IMG/VR virus record: IMGVR_UViG_3300028569_000012
Strand: one strand, 5' to 3'
Length of the DNA stretch: 64,000 nucleotides
Source: an uncultured virus (IMG/VR IMGVR_UViG_3300028569_000012)
Lineage: Duplodnaviria; Heunggongvirae; Uroviricota; Caudoviricetes
Positions 50,157-61,314 of the stretch are shown piece after piece. The notes beneath the pieces are model-generated. The model did no database searches and was not told the origin of the DNA. It saw nothing but the letters and a program-made list of their open reading frames with translations. The position numbers and the translations under genes were made by a program. How positions within the stretch are numbered: the first letter of the stretch is position 1; each line of letters starts with the position of its first letter.

Positions 50157-50857
50157 TATGTAAGCTCTTTAAATTTCTGTACTAATTTTATCAGTACTTC
50201 AACATCTCTTTCACAATATTCAACAATCAAGTCTAACTGATTTAGTTCGTAGAATGCTTCGTGAACACGATTACCTGTCACTTCACCTTCTTTTGGTGAG
50301 GGAATGTTCATCGCGGCACACATTAGTTCCAAAGATGATAATGCAAAGTTATTGCCCATTCTCCAAATATCGATTGTATCTATTGCTTTTATTTCCCACG
50401 GTTTTGTATCGTAACTTGGTAGAAGTACCGAAGGTCTGATACCATTGATTACCATCCTTTTTTGTAAGGTAGGAATGTCGAACATTTTTATATTGTGACC
50501 ACATAAGGAAAAATCCAATTTAAAAACCTTATCCATTAGAGAGTTTATCCCTTGTAGTAAAACCTTTTCATCATTATCTGAAAATGTTTGAGTATGAATT
50601 TTTCCATCGGGAGTCACAAACGCAAAACTGGCACACACTATTCTTGAAAATTCAGGTACCAACGCAGCTCTGTTTAAAAATACTTGGGCTGGTTCCAACC
50701 CTTGATCTTCAGGAAATCTTTTTAAAAACCAATCATAATAATTATGAAATTGTTTCAGTAGTGAGGGATATTTTTCACCTAACTCGGTATAATCTTTTGT
50801 AATTCCGACCGTTTCGATGTCAAAAAAAAGTATTTTGTTTATAGATTGTGTTATCAT
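50156..50857 (-). CDS. PolB-related DEDD 3'-5' exonuclease
   Basis: FFDIET, GHNIKMFDIP, YCERDV. Confidence 0.88.
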   Translation of the reverse strand: MITQSINKILFFDIETVGITKDYTELGEKYPSLLKQFHNYYDWFLKRFPEDQGLEPAQVFLNRAALVPEFSRIVCASFAFVTPDGKIHTQTFSDNDEKVLLQGINSLMDKVFKLDFSLCGHNIKMFDIPTLQKRMVINGIRPSVLLPSYDTKPWEIKAIDTIDIWRMGNNFALSSLELMCAAMNIPSPKEGEVTGNRVHEAFYELNQLDLIVEYCERDVEVLIKLVQKFKELT

Positions 50858-52065
50858 AGAATAGATTTATAAAATTCTGCACGGTTTTTTGTTACAACAT
50901 TCAAGTCGTACTTGTCTTTTACCGTTTCGTAAAGTCGTTCTCCTAAATCTGCCGCCCAAGTTGGGTTATTAATAAGTTTTTTTACGTACTTATACCAATC
51001 ACCATTATTTCTACCTTCGTCAACCAACAACGCGTTACCATCCACAAATTCACCTTGATTTAAAGAATGTTTCAAATCAATTGTGTAGGGTCCTATATTC
51101 GAGGCAATAATTGCTTTTTTGTAAAATCCCGCTTCGATTACTTTAAGTTGGGATTTTACTCTGTTAAAAAGGTGATTCTTGATTGGTGCCAATGATACGT
51201 CAAATTTGGAGTAATTTTTGGCGTATGATTGAACAGGTCTAGTCCAAATCCTTCTATAAAATTCATCGGCAAACTGAGAATCATCTTCCTCAACAAACCT
51301 GTCTAAAAATTTTATATATTCAGGACTAATTAGCTTATACTTGTTAGTGAAAATTTCTTCATATTTTTTCCAAACTGTTTCTTCAGGTTTGATAGGTCTT
51401 TGTTTTTGTTCTCCTGTCTGTTTGTTTATTTCAGTAACAGTACCACGAATATCAAAACCACATACATAAAATTGAGCCTCATTTTGATGTTGATGTATTT
51501 TACCAAAAATACTTTCTAATAAGGTCAAATCGTGAAGGTGAGACGATCCTCCGAGCCATCCGAATCTTAGTTTATCACTCGGTAATGTTGGTTCGTTAAA
51601 CTGTGGTTCTTTTGCGTTTATTGCGTTTGGAAAGATGACAACATTTTTATTAAGTTTTGCAATTTCCGTTGCGAACATAGGTGTTGTTGTCATAACATAT
51701 TCTGATGATCTCAGATTGTTTATAATTTTTTCGTGGATCTTGTTGGTAACAATAAGATCGTGAATAGGGTGTTCTTTTCCAGGTAACCAATAGTCATCCA
51801 AGTCCATTATGGTTACAATTCCTAAAGACCTTAGTGTTGCCAATAATTTTGGTGTGTTTTCGTAATCACCAGCAATTGTACGGTGAAAGTGTACAATTTG
51901 ATAATTTTTCCAAAAGTTTATATCATCCATCGGAACTTGAAACAATATATCTATGTGAAAATCATCAGGATATTGATTCTGTAGTATTACGTGGGGATCA
52001 ATAGATCTATATTTCCCAACACCCGATTTGTCTGAGGGTATAACTAAAACATTAATTTTGGACAT
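50854..52065 (-). CDS. GT-B glycosyltransferase
   Basis: MDLDDYW, GWLGGSSHLHDL, DVSLAP..FNRVKSQLKVIEAG; ATG at 52065. Confidence 0.85.
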   Translation of the reverse strand: MSKINVLVIPSDKSGVGKYRSIDPHVILQNQYPDDFHIDILFQVPMDDINFWKNYQIVHFHRTIAGDYENTPKLLATLRSLGIVTIMDLDDYWLPGKEHPIHDLIVTNKIHEKIINNLRSSEYVMTTTPMFATEIAKLNKNVVIFPNAINAKEPQFNEPTLPSDKLRFGWLGGSSHLHDLTLLESIFGKIHQHQNEAQFYVCGFDIRGTVTEINKQTGEQKQRPIKPEETVWKKYEEIFTNKYKLISPEYIKFLDRFVEEDDSQFADEFYRRIWTRPVQSYAKNYSKFDVSLAPIKNHLFNRVKSQLKVIEAGFYKKAIIASNIGPYTIDLKHSLNQGEFVDGNALLVDEGRNNGDWYKYVKKLINNPTWAADLGERLYETVKDKYDLNVVTKNRAEFYKSIL

Positions 52066-52113
52066 AAGTTGTTTTTCCAAAATATAGGAATTTTAAACAA
52101 CAAATAAAAGTCC

Positions 52114-52689
52114 TTATTTCATTTTTTTTATTTTTGTCAACACACCTTCGAAAAGATGTTGACCTACTCTTAATGAAATTTGTTCTTTAGTCCTTTCGGT
52201 GGATTCTACAACTAACCCCTTCTCTGTTAAAACTTCTTCAATTGTTTCTCTCAACATTTGTTTTAGTTCTACCATGTTGAAATTTGATTTTGTTTCTTGA
52301 ATAAGTTGTTTTTTTTCTTGTTTAACAATTCCACCTGAGGCATTCGTTTTCATCAATCTTGAAGCGGCTTCTACTAGTTCATCACTCAAAACTGTTTGAC
52401 TACCTGCCATAGCAGGTTGTTCGATTGGGTGTTCCATCATAAGTTTTTTTATCTCATCAGGTAATTTAGAATTCATAATTCTATCTTTTGTTGGAACGTG
52501 TTGTTGATTGACTTTTTGTGTTGGTTGTTCGGATAAAAACTCTTGTGGTACGTTATATCTTGCTTCTGGTACCTCAAAAGATTCAACCATGTTAGATGGT
52601 AATGATTGTGCAGATCCTCTTGGTGTTTCCCCGTGTCTGTCCATTATTTGTTTGGCTAACACCAATTTTTGCATTAAGTCCTGTTTCAT
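52114..52689 (-). CDS. hypothetical protein
   Basis: 191 aa ORF. Confidence 0.75.
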   Translation of the reverse strand: MKQDLMQKLVLAKQIMDRHGETPRGSAQSLPSNMVESFEVPEARYNVPQEFLSEQPTQKVNQQHVPTKDRIMNSKLPDEIKKLMMEHPIEQPAMAGSQTVLSDELVEAASRLMKTNASGGIVKQEKKQLIQETKSNFNMVELKQMLRETIEEVLTEKGLVVESTERTKEQISLRVGQHLFEGVLTKIKKMK

Positions 52690-53093
52690 TGTGTTGTATC
52701 TGTTGTATCGAATTTAGCTATGGTGATAATATCAACCATATCCTTATCACCACTAAAGTTATATCCAGGTCTTGATTTAGTAAAGTTTTTACGGAGTGGT
52801 TTAAACATAGTTGTTTTATCTACACGAAAAAGTCTCCATCCTGGTTTAGGACTATGTGGATCACCTAAATATGCCGTATGAGATGCTCCAGCGTCATCCC
52901 ATGCTCTAAAAACCATATTACCTGCTTTGGAACGTCCCAAAGCTACAGGTTCTATTTCTCTGAGTCCTTTTCCACCAGGTTCGTCACCATCGTAATATAT
53001 TGAGCACACTTGTTTTTGGTCGATTGATCGTCTGATATCGTCAATCGATGCCGCCTCAGTTATGAGTATTTTTAGTGACTCAAGTAGTTTCAT
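52686..53093 (-). CDS. stand-alone WYL-like domain protein
   Basis: IYY...REIEPVALG...FRAW...WRLFRVDK. Confidence 0.7.
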   Translation of the reverse strand: MKLLESLKILITEAASIDDIRRSIDQKQVCSIYYDGDEPGGKGLREIEPVALGRSKAGNMVFRAWDDAGASHTAYLGDPHSPKPGWRLFRVDKTTMFKPLRKNFTKSRPGYNFSGDKDMVDIITIAKFDTTDTTQ

Positions 53094-53389
53094 TAAGCTT
53101 CTCCTTCGACTCTGTAAGGTTTGTTGGGTTGAAAAGCGTTGAATTTGATATTCATCTTTCTTTCAAATACATCGATGGATGTACCAGCTTCCGTATTATA
53201 AACGTCCAAGTATACACCAGTCCCACGACCCAAGTTATCTCCATCAGCAACAGCATCGGGACTCGTTGAAGAATATCTATTTCCAACTTCACTATAATCG
53301 TTTTTGACAATATTTTTCTTTCTTTCGATATCAGCAATTACCGTCAATCTATTGGTAGGTTGCGAAAAATCTAAATTTAGTTGTTCCAT
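53093..53389 (-). CDS. hypothetical protein
   Basis: 98 aa ORF. Confidence 0.7.
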   Translation of the reverse strand: MEQLNLDFSQPTNRLTVIADIERKKNIVKNDYSEVGNRYSSTSPDAVADGDNLGRGTGVYLDVYNTEAGTSIDVFERKMNIKFNAFQPNKPYRVEGEA

Positions 53390-53390
53390 G

Positions 53391-53864
53391 TTATAAAAGT
53401 TTTTTCATTATGTTATTTATCCTTCTAAGGCTTTCAGTGACTTGTAAATCATATTTTTCAATTGATTTTTTGTGATCATCATCTTTACTGATATTCATAT
53501 TTATGTTAGCGTCTTCGGGTCGTGTGTAATTTTTGTCAACCATACCAGTGTTGTTCCTGATATTATCAGAACCTGATAAGGAATTTCTTGCACCCGATAA
53601 AATAGAGTCCACAAAGTTTTTCATTTTACCCTCTCCGTTCAAAATAAATGGTGCGTCTGTGTTCGTTCCTTTGTGACTATCGAAAAAATTCTTAATTCTT
53701 TTTAGTTCAGGATATGATAACGACGTTGTTCTTTGTAATCTTTTATTCCTGTTGTAACCCTCAACATTTGAATCCGCGTCTTTGACTTTACGGAAACACA
53801 CTTTCATATGATTACGCATTTCTTCAGGAAAATCCCAAACTTCACTATATAGTTTATTGTTCAT
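53391..53864 (-). CDS. hypothetical protein
   Basis: 157 aa ORF. Confidence 0.7.
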   Translation of the reverse strand: MNNKLYSEVWDFPEEMRNHMKVCFRKVKDADSNVEGYNRNKRLQRTTSLSYPELKRIKNFFDSHKGTNTDAPFILNGEGKMKNFVDSILSGARNSLSGSDNIRNNTGMVDKNYTRPEDANINMNISKDDDHKKSIEKYDLQVTESLRRINNIMKKLL

Positions 53865-54681
53865 TCCTAATAAATTTTATTATTTCAGTTTTACTAATAC
53901 CATTTTTTTCAATCTGTTTCAATAAATTTTTGACATTTTTTTTAACCAAAAGTGGAAGATCATCAAACTTACTTACACTTTTCTTACTTCTAATACCCGA
54001 ATCATCCGATTTTTGAACAATCAGATCTTCTAACATACCAATCATTTTGTTTCTTTCAACTTCCTCAATCTTTTTCTCTGTCAATCGTTCCTGACCCTTC
54101 TGATCCAATTTTGTTGATTTACCAAATGCTTTACATCTTTCTTCTGGATTTTCAGTTTCCATTTGTTTCATCTTTTCAACACAATCTTCATAGGTATCTC
54201 CCGATACTACATCGTAACCAAATGCACCTGAAAGATCTTCCTCTCTTACAAAACTTTCACCATAATAAACTCGGTATCCTCTGAGTCTTGGGTCACCAGG
54301 TTGTCTTGTTGCAAATACTGTTTGATCCATTGTCTTTGTAGGTGACATCTTTGGATCGTGGATAGGGATTTTAGAATTGAGTAAACTACCATCGTAGTCG
54401 ATAAGTTCTTCGATTTCTTCTTTTTTATTTTTTTTGGTTGTAATCTTATCCACAATTTTTTTTAGGTCGTCTTTAGAAAATTTCTTTTTAGATTTCAAAA
54501 CTTTTTCTACCAACATAAGAACAGATTTTTCTTGTGTTACAGGAACGGAAATAACCTCATCGAACTCACGAGCCTCACCAATGGTATTATTAACGGAGTA
54601 ATAAACATCGATTTGTTTTTCATTCTTTTTCAGAAAAAAGTATGTGTTGTTAGAAAAATATTCGCGGCCGAAAGTAATCAT
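53854..54681 (-). CDS. hypothetical protein
   Basis: 275 aa ORF. Confidence 0.75.
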   Translation of the reverse strand: MITFGREYFSNNTYFFLKKNEKQIDVYYSVNNTIGEAREFDEVISVPVTQEKSVLMLVEKVLKSKKKFSKDDLKKIVDKITTKKNKKEEIEELIDYDGSLLNSKIPIHDPKMSPTKTMDQTVFATRQPGDPRLRGYRVYYGESFVREEDLSGAFGYDVVSGDTYEDCVEKMKQMETENPEERCKAFGKSTKLDQKGQERLTEKKIEEVERNKMIGMLEDLIVQKSDDSGIRSKKSVSKFDDLPLLVKKNVKNLLKQIEKNGISKTEIIKFIRNEQ

Positions 54682-54695
54682 ATTGATTTTTTACA

Positions 54696-54723
54696 TATAA
54701 ATACCGCAACAAAAGTATTTATG
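54696..54723. promoter_or_regulatory. back-to-back TATTTAT motifs between divergent operons
   Basis: TATAAATA at 54696-54703 (minus strand) and TATTTATG at 54716-54723 (plus strand) in a 46-nt gap. Confidence 0.6.
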
Positions 54724-54727
54724 TCAT

Positions 54728-56890
54728 ATGGCATATCAGAACATCGTCCAATACGTCTATAATAAATGGTTTTTACGACCAACCCAAGACATTACAGACC
54801 TTTCGTTAGCATCAGATGAAAGACAATATAATGAAGAAGTTATATTTTCACCCCTTCTGATTGGAGACACGGATGGTAATGTTATGCCCATTAAAATTGA
54901 TCTAAACTTTTCAGGATCGAATCAAGGATTTATAATTAATTATAACGAGTATGTTGACGAAAATATTCTAATATCACAAAACTATTACAATATCTCAAAT
55001 GAAGACCTAACTTGTTTTAGACTCAAAACCATCTGTGATATCGGTCTTACTGGTACTGACAATGGATTAGTGACTTGTCTTAGTGGCGAAACAATTCAGT
55101 ACACCATGGGATTACTTGATCAATCCGAAGAGTTCGATAGATTGAAATTTGATCGGAGGTTCAAAATGTTCCAAGTCACCGGTTACACATCAGAACCAAA
55201 TCATAGATTTTCAGGACTTACAGAAGGTATCAATTATTCAATAGTTTCGGTAAATTCACAACCAATTGGAATATACAACGAATTGTATGGTGGTTTTTAT
55301 CAAGGATTTTATAAGTTGTTTGGATATGACTATGAAGTCTTACCAACAAGATTCCCAAAAGGTTGGACTGTTGAAATGACCTTAAAGCCCCGTTTTGAAG
55401 ATGCTTACTTACCACCTTCAGGACAAACAACACTCAATGATTTTTATCCTGACAACTCAGGTATTTTCTTTTATATGGGAACCCGTGCTGAAAATAAGTT
55501 TTGGCATTGGGCAAACGGAGAAAACACTGGTGACACCTCATATCAAAGGGTTACAACACCACTGACAGGATTATCGAGTTGTATGTGTACCTCACTGAAC
55601 CCTGGTTATACAACAGAGACAAAATCTACAATAGACATCCGATCAACAGGGGCAACAATCACCGTTGGTAAATATCTTTTGTGGGAACCAGGTGATGAGA
55701 TATTGGCCTACCACCAAGAACTAGAATATGTGATCGGTACTGTAATTTATTATAGTGGTGATTCAGGACTTTTAGAATTTTCTATTACAACAAGTGTTGG
55801 CGTTGGTTCTTTCCCTGCGTGGAGAATTGACAGACCCGATTACTTGGAATATGCCGAATCTAATTGTGTTAGGGTATATCCTACCTCAGGATCAACCGAT
55901 GTTCATAACATAACTTACTGTAATTGTTGTTTTCCACCACCCATTCCTCCTGTCCCTGAGCACAACCCTTTATTCGATTCTATGTCAAATGCTCTTGCCA
56001 TCAGGTTCAGTGGTGACCCTCGTAACCCAAAAATCTGTGTTAGGACTCTTACCTTCACCGGTGACTGCGTGACAACCGGATCTTGTGAGACATCAGGAAA
56101 TGAAACAGTGACAGGATATTCAATAAATAACTATTGCTCTACCCGTGGTATCTATGATGATTGTTTGGGAACAGACTACTTTGACCAGGAACATTGGGTG
56201 TTGGTCGATGCTGTTTTCGAGAGATACAGTTGGTTTGACTTTTGTGATCTGTTTTATCGTGGTGGATTGGGAACTATATCAACAACCTTATATACCGCCA
56301 CCACCGCCAACAATTCCGTATCATTAATTCAACCTCCACTTACCCACGATCAACTACGGGCGAAACGAGAGGAGTATGTGCAGTTAAATTATCAGTGGCT
56401 CATAGAGGAATACTACCGCGTTGGTAAGTTAAAACTTTACATCAACGGTCGTCATTTTGAGACCTTTGATAATTTTGAAGAGATAATCCCTCGTGGTTTG
56501 TTTGGTCATAAAGAAACCCAAGTGGGTGTCCCTTTCAATATTTCTTGGGGTGGTGGAACTCAGGGTTTACATGAAAACTTGGTTTTTTCAGCAATGCCTG
56601 AGACACTTTGTGGTGAGTATATTCAGGATCCTGAATTGTTCCCTGATAATATATTGAGTGGCACATCTCTGAGTGGGTTGTCCACCAACATTATTTTAGA
56701 GAAATATTTTGCCGGTACTTTCGATGGGGGAATTTCAACATTCCATATGTATGCAAAACCTTTGTCCGTACCTGAAATTCAACATAATGCAAGAATATTG
56801 TATAATGAGTATGATTTATTGAATCCATATTGCTTAAATTGTGAAATACCAAATACTGACGATTTCACTTATCAATTCATCCAAGAATAA
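54728..56890 (+). CDS. Cys-rich structural protein with ConA/LamG-like fold
   Basis: [39 protein letters not shown]. Confidence 0.65.
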   Translation: MAYQNIVQYVYNKWFLRPTQDITDLSLASDERQYNEEVIFSPLLIGDTDGNVMPIKIDLNFSGSNQGFIINYNEYVDENILISQNYYNISNEDLTCFRLKTICDIGLTGTDNGLVTCLSGETIQYTMGLLDQSEEFDRLKFDRRFKMFQVTGYTSEPNHRFSGLTEGINYSIVSVNSQPIGIYNELYGGFYQGFYKLFGYDYEVLPTRFPKGWTVEMTLKPRFEDAYLPPSGQTTLNDFYPDNSGIFFYMGTRAENKFWHWANGENTGDTSYQRVTTPLTGLSSCMCTSLNPGYTTETKSTIDIRSTGATITVGKYLLWEPGDEILAYHQELEYVIGTVIYYSGDSGLLEFSITTSVGVGSFPAWRIDRPDYLEYAESNCVRVYPTSGSTDVHNITYCNCCFPPPIPPVPEHNPLFDSMSNALAIRFSGDPRNPKICVRTLTFTGDCVTTGSCETSGNETVTGYSINNYCSTRGIYDDCLGTDYFDQEHWVLVDAVFERYSWFDFCDLFYRGGLGTISTTLYTATTANNSVSLIQPPLTHDQLRAKREEYVQLNYQWLIEEYYRVGKLKLYINGRHFETFDNFEEIIPRGLFGHKETQVGVPFNISWGGGTQGLHENLVFSAMPETLCGEYIQDPELFPDNILSGTSLSGLSTNIILEKYFAGTFDGGISTFHMYAKPLSVPEIQHNARILYNEYDLLNPYCLNCEIPNTDDFTYQFIQE

Positions 56891-56894
56891 TATT

Positions 56895-58538
56895 ATGAAC
56901 AACTACGGAGTACAAATATCAAGTGTTTTTTATTCAGGTAGAACCTGTCAAGTTCTATTTTTGGAGGACGGGACTGACATTACGGTAAATCTTGGAACAG
57001 AAACTATTCCATTTACCTACTTCCCACCTGATGGTACTCCTCAGGGTAAATATTTTATTTATTTTTCGGGTACGGATCAAACATTTGTTGTTGATGTTGT
57101 GGATCCAAATCCGACTCCTACACCATCGGTCACACCTACTTTGACACCTACGCCAACAATTACTGATACTCCAACTCAGACACCTACTCCAACAATTACT
57201 GACACACCAACACAGACTCCAACACCTACGGTAACAGATACTCCAACACAGACACCTACGCCAACAATTTCAGAAACTCCAACTCAAACTCCTACGCCAA
57301 CTATTTCTGAAACACCAACTCAGACACCTACGCCAACTATTTCGGAGACACCAACTCAAACTCCTACGCCAACTATTTCTGAGACACCAACTCAAACTCC
57401 AACACCTACGGTAACAGATACTCCAACTCAGACACCTACGCCAACAATTACTGAAACACCAACTAATACTCCAACACCATCAGTTAGTTCGACACCAGGA
57501 GCTTCACCTTCAGTAACTCCAACGGAGACACCAACAAATACTCCATCCAACACACCATCAAACACTCCAAGTAATACGCCATCATCAAGTACTACTCCGT
57601 CAATTACACCAACAGAAACACCGACACAAACCCCATCAAATACTCCTGAGGTAACTCCAAGTAATACTCCGAGTGAGACACCAACTCAAACCCCATCAAA
57701 CACTCCTGAGGTAACTCCGAGTAACACTCCGAGTGAGACACCAACTCAAACTCCGTCTAACACACCAGCGGTATCACCAAGTAACACTCCAACGGCAACT
57801 CCAACGATAACTCCTACCAATACTCCAACACCATCACCCACACCTAATATTGTAACATCAAACCTACAACTACAATTATTACCAAGTAGTTATGTTGGTT
57901 CAGGCACTGTTTGGGATACAACGGTTGGGACTACAGATGCAACATTATCAGGAAGTCCAACTTATAATGTGTTAAGTGGATTTACATTCAATGGAACAAC
58001 ATCGTATGGTAGAATCCCAAGTGTTAATGATGTTACAAACTTTACAAATACTCAGCAATATACTATTGAGATTTGGTTTAATCCGAGTAATGGGCAACCA
58101 AACGCAGGTGAAGCAGAACTGTTAGAAAAATGGAATTTAAATAACGAATCAAGATATCCTTACACAATTAGATTTAATGAAGGTGCGAGTAGTATGTTAG
58201 TTGCCGCTTATGATGGAAGTAATTTTCCTTCGGTTAGTTTATCTGGATTCCCTGTAAATACTTGGAGACAATTAGTTGCTGTCTTTGATTTTGGTGTCGA
58301 TAAAACTCTTACAGTTTATAGAAATGGTGTTTCTGCGGGAAGTGAAAGTTTAGTAGGAGTTGGACAAGTAAGTAACACGAGCCCTGTAGGTATTGCAGGT
58401 AGAGTTGCATCAGGAACGGGAGCATTACAAGTTCCATTCAAGGGAACTGTCGGAATCATAAGAATGTATAACACATCATTGACGGGACCCCAAGTGTTAC
58501 AAAACTTTGATGCGGATAAATCCAAATATGGTTTATAA
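56895..58538 (+). CDS. PT-repeat stalk protein with C-terminal LamG-like domain
   Basis: About 245 aa of TPTQTPTPT repeats; [44 protein letters not shown] at 56895. Confidence 0.82.
   Translation: MNNYGVQISSVFYSGRTCQVLFLEDGTDITVNLGTETIPFTYFPPDGTPQGKYFIYFSGTDQTFVVDVVDPNPTPTPSVTPTLTPTPTITDTPTQTPTPTITDTPTQTPTPTVTDTPTQTPTPTISETPTQTPTPTISETPTQTPTPTISETPTQTPTPTISETPTQTPTPTVTDTPTQTPTPTITETPTNTPTPSVSSTPGASPSVTPTETPTNTPSNTPSNTPSNTPSSSTTPSITPTETPTQTPSNTPEVTPSNTPSETPTQTPSNTPEVTPSNTPSETPTQTPSNTPAVSPSNTPTATPTITPTNTPTPSPTPNIVTSNLQLQLLPSSYVGSGTVWDTTVGTTDATLSGSPTYNVLSGFTFNGTTSYGRIPSVNDVTNFTNTQQYTIEIWFNPSNGQPNAGEAELLEKWNLNNESRYPYTIRFNEGASSMLVAAYDGSNFPSVSLSGFPVNTWRQLVAVFDFGVDKTLTVYRNGVSAGSESLVGVGQVSNTSPVGIAGRVASGTGALQVPFKGTVGIIRMYNTSLTGPQVLQNFDADKSKYGL
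57110..57845 (+). repeat. PT coding repeats
   Basis: 36-nt units encoding (TI/TV)(SE/TD)TPTQTPTP, then TPSN units. Confidence 0.85.
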
Positions 58539-58555
58539 AAACTTATTTTTATTCT

Positions 58556-58590
58556 AAAAACCCTCCACTTTCTCGGAAGGTTTTTTATTT
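58556..58590 (+). terminator. possible intrinsic terminator
   Basis: Imperfect hairpin AAAAACCCTCC / GGAAGGTTTTT followed by T-rich sequence. Confidence 0.4.
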
Positions 58591-58607
58591 TAAGAAAAAA
58601 CTGTATT

Positions 58608-59855
58608 ATGAAGATATTCGTTCAGATAGCATCTTATAGAGACCCCCAACTTATTCCGACAATTGAAAATATGTTGGAAAATGCAAAAAATCCCAAGAAT
58701 CTAAGAATCGGAGTTGCAAGACAATTCAATCCTGATGATAAATTTGATGATTTATCGGAATATGAAAATGACAAAAGATTCAGAATCTTGAATGTACCAT
58801 ATCAGGAATCAAATGGTGTATGTTGGGCAAGAAACTTGGTTCAACAAGTATATGAGGGTGAAGAGTATACACTACAGATTGACTCTCATATGAGGTTTGC
58901 AAAAAATTGGGATGTTGAGATGATATCAATGATCAAACAACTTCAAAAGAAGGGATACAAAAAACCACTTCTAACAGGATACGTATCATCATTTGATCCT
59001 GAAAATGATCCAAAAGGAAGAACTCAAGAACCATGGAGAATGGCTTTCGATAGATTTATTCCAGAAGGTGCGGTCTTCTTTTTACCTGAAACAATTCCTG
59101 GATGGAAAGACCTTACCGAACCTGTACCCGCAAGATTTTACTCAGCACACTTCGCGTTTACGTTGGGTCAATTTTCTGTGGAAGTACAACATAATCCTGA
59201 ATATTATTTCCATGGTGAAGAAATTTCTATTGCCGCTAGAGCTTATACATGGGGTTATGATTTGTTTCACCCACACAAAGTTTTGATTTGGCACGAATAC
59301 ACAAGAAAAGGAAGAACTAAACAATGGGACGACGATGTTACTTGGGGTAACAAAAATAGTCAATCTCACCTCACTAATCGTAAATTGTTTGCTATGGACG
59401 GATTAGAACAAGAAGGTCATGATGGTCCTTGGGGTTTCGGAACTGTTCGGACTTTACGAGATTATGAAAAATATGCCGGCCTTTTGTTCGAGAAACGAGC
59501 AGTCCAACAGTATACCTTAGATAAGAATTATCCACCAAACCCTTATGAACATGAAACTGAAGAAGAATGGAAAAAGAACTTTGCGTCTGTGTTCAAACAT
59601 TGTATTGACGTAAACTATTCCTCAGTCCCCGAAAAAGATTATGAATTTTGGGTTGTAGCGTTTCATGGTCCCAACGATGAAACATTATTCAGAAAAGATG
59701 CTGACAAAAACGAAATACAGAGACTTATGAATGATCCTGATGGGTATTGTAAAATATGGAGAGATTTTCAAACGGATACAAAACCTACTTATTGGGTAGT
59801 ATGGCCATTTTCAACATCTAAGGGATGGTGTGAGAGAATTACTGGAAATCTTTAG
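58608..59855 (+). CDS. GT60-like polypeptide N-acetylglucosaminyltransferase
   Basis: IFVQIASYRD, GVCWAR, LQIDSHMRF..NWD (DxH), FHGEEI..AARAYTWGYDLFHP. Confidence 0.85.
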   Translation: MKIFVQIASYRDPQLIPTIENMLENAKNPKNLRIGVARQFNPDDKFDDLSEYENDKRFRILNVPYQESNGVCWARNLVQQVYEGEEYTLQIDSHMRFAKNWDVEMISMIKQLQKKGYKKPLLTGYVSSFDPENDPKGRTQEPWRMAFDRFIPEGAVFFLPETIPGWKDLTEPVPARFYSAHFAFTLGQFSVEVQHNPEYYFHGEEISIAARAYTWGYDLFHPHKVLIWHEYTRKGRTKQWDDDVTWGNKNSQSHLTNRKLFAMDGLEQEGHDGPWGFGTVRTLRDYEKYAGLLFEKRAVQQYTLDKNYPPNPYEHETEEEWKKNFASVFKHCIDVNYSSVPEKDYEFWVVAFHGPNDETLFRKDADKNEIQRLMNDPDGYCKIWRDFQTDTKPTYWVVWPFSTSKGWCERITGNL

Positions 59856-59857
59856 TT

Positions 59858-60568
59858 ATGGTAACCTTTAATAACAAAAAGATTGCAGATATCGGTTTCT
59901 ATATCAATTTAGACAAACGGTCCGACAGGAAAGAAAAAATAGAAGAACAACTAACCAAGTTCAATATAGTTGGTATCGATCGTTTCAGTGCTATCGACAC
60001 TACCACTACCGCAACCTTAAATTGTAAAAGAAGTCATTTTGAGTTATATCAGAAACTTGTCGATTCGGAACATGAAATACTTTTGGTACTGGAAGATGAT
60101 TGTAAGTTTATGAACTTTTTAATTGACGAATCTGATCAAATTTTCGATGATATCAATAATACAGATTGGGATCTTTTTTGGTTAGGATGTAGAAATAGAA
60201 GAAACCCTCTTTTATATAAAAATAAATGTTACGTAGTTTCTTCAGCATCACACGCTCAGTCATATCTTATCAAAAAAGATTTTGCAAAGCATTTGTTAGA
60301 GACATATCCCGTTTATCCACACGATAACCATAACAATTTGTTACCTGACGAGTTATTAACATTAGCAGTGTATGGTAAGGAAGTCACAAAAAATCCAAAT
60401 TCATTTGATTTTTATAAATTAGACCAACCTTTGAACGTCCTACCAACGGTCTATAAAGGATTGACGTATGAAAAATCATTATCAACTCAATATTCTTCTC
60501 ATAGTGATTTATGGGGATACGTAACAAATTGGGAAGAATATATTACCAATTCACACCCAAAAAGTTAA
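59858..60568 (+). CDS. glycosyltransferase family 25
   Basis: YINLDKRSDR, RFSAID, C..SH, LVLEDD, WDLFWLG, AQSYLI. Confidence 0.85.
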   Translation: MVTFNNKKIADIGFYINLDKRSDRKEKIEEQLTKFNIVGIDRFSAIDTTTTATLNCKRSHFELYQKLVDSEHEILLVLEDDCKFMNFLIDESDQIFDDINNTDWDLFWLGCRNRRNPLLYKNKCYVVSSASHAQSYLIKKDFAKHLLETYPVYPHDNHNNLLPDELLTLAVYGKEVTKNPNSFDFYKLDQPLNVLPTVYKGLTYEKSLSTQYSSHSDLWGYVTNWEEYITNSHPKS

Positions 60569-60570
60569 AT

Positions 60571-61314
60571 ATGAAGCTAATAACGATAACTTGGTCATAT
60601 TCAGATAAGTCTGAAGTCAAAGAATCAATCTTATATAAAAGTTTTATTAAAAACAATAATGAATCGGACTTCATTAATTTTCATTTTAACAGATCTAATT
60701 ATTTGGACATAGAAAAAAAATTCGAATCACAATATGGTATTCAATACGATTATATACTTTATAAAATATTCTTAATACAGGATCTGATTGAAACTATTGA
60801 TGATGACATATTAATATTTTCGGACACAAATGATGTAGTTTGTATGGGAAGTATAAATGAAATATCATATGAAGATGGTATCATATTTTCAGCTGAAAAA
60901 CATCAATATCCAAACGACATTACAAGCTGGAAACCTGTTTCAAGTTATCCCGACAAAAATATTATTGAATTAAATTTTTTGAATTCAGGATTAATAATTT
61001 CTAATAAAAAATTATTCATAGAACTTTTGAAGTCAGTAATCGAAAATGTTTTGCCTTTGAATTATAAATCGTTTTACAGTGACCAAGGTGTTTTCACCTA
61101 TTATTTTATAAATGATTTTTTACCAAAAATTACTTTGGATGAAGGTCGGATCAACTTTGTCAGTACGTATTTAACTGGTCAGGATTGGTATAACTTTGAT
61201 GATAACAAAATACTATACAAACCAACCAATTCTTATCCTTTGTTCGTACACGATAATGGATGGAATTATGGGAGTCCTAAAATTATTAATGGATTTAATT
61301 TAATTGAAGAATGA
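60571..61314 (+). CDS. PLOD/LH3-type GT-A glycosyltransferase
   Basis: IFSDTNDV, FSAEKHQYP, FLNSG, SDQGVF, ITLD, PLFVHDNG; ATG at 60571. Confidence 0.7.
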   Translation: MKLITITWSYSDKSEVKESILYKSFIKNNNESDFINFHFNRSNYLDIEKKFESQYGIQYDYILYKIFLIQDLIETIDDDILIFSDTNDVVCMGSINEISYEDGIIFSAEKHQYPNDITSWKPVSSYPDKNIIELNFLNSGLIISNKKLFIELLKSVIENVLPLNYKSFYSDQGVFTYYFINDFLPKITLDEGRINFVSTYLTGQDWYNFDDNKILYKPTNSYPLFVHDNGWNYGSPKIINGFNLIEE

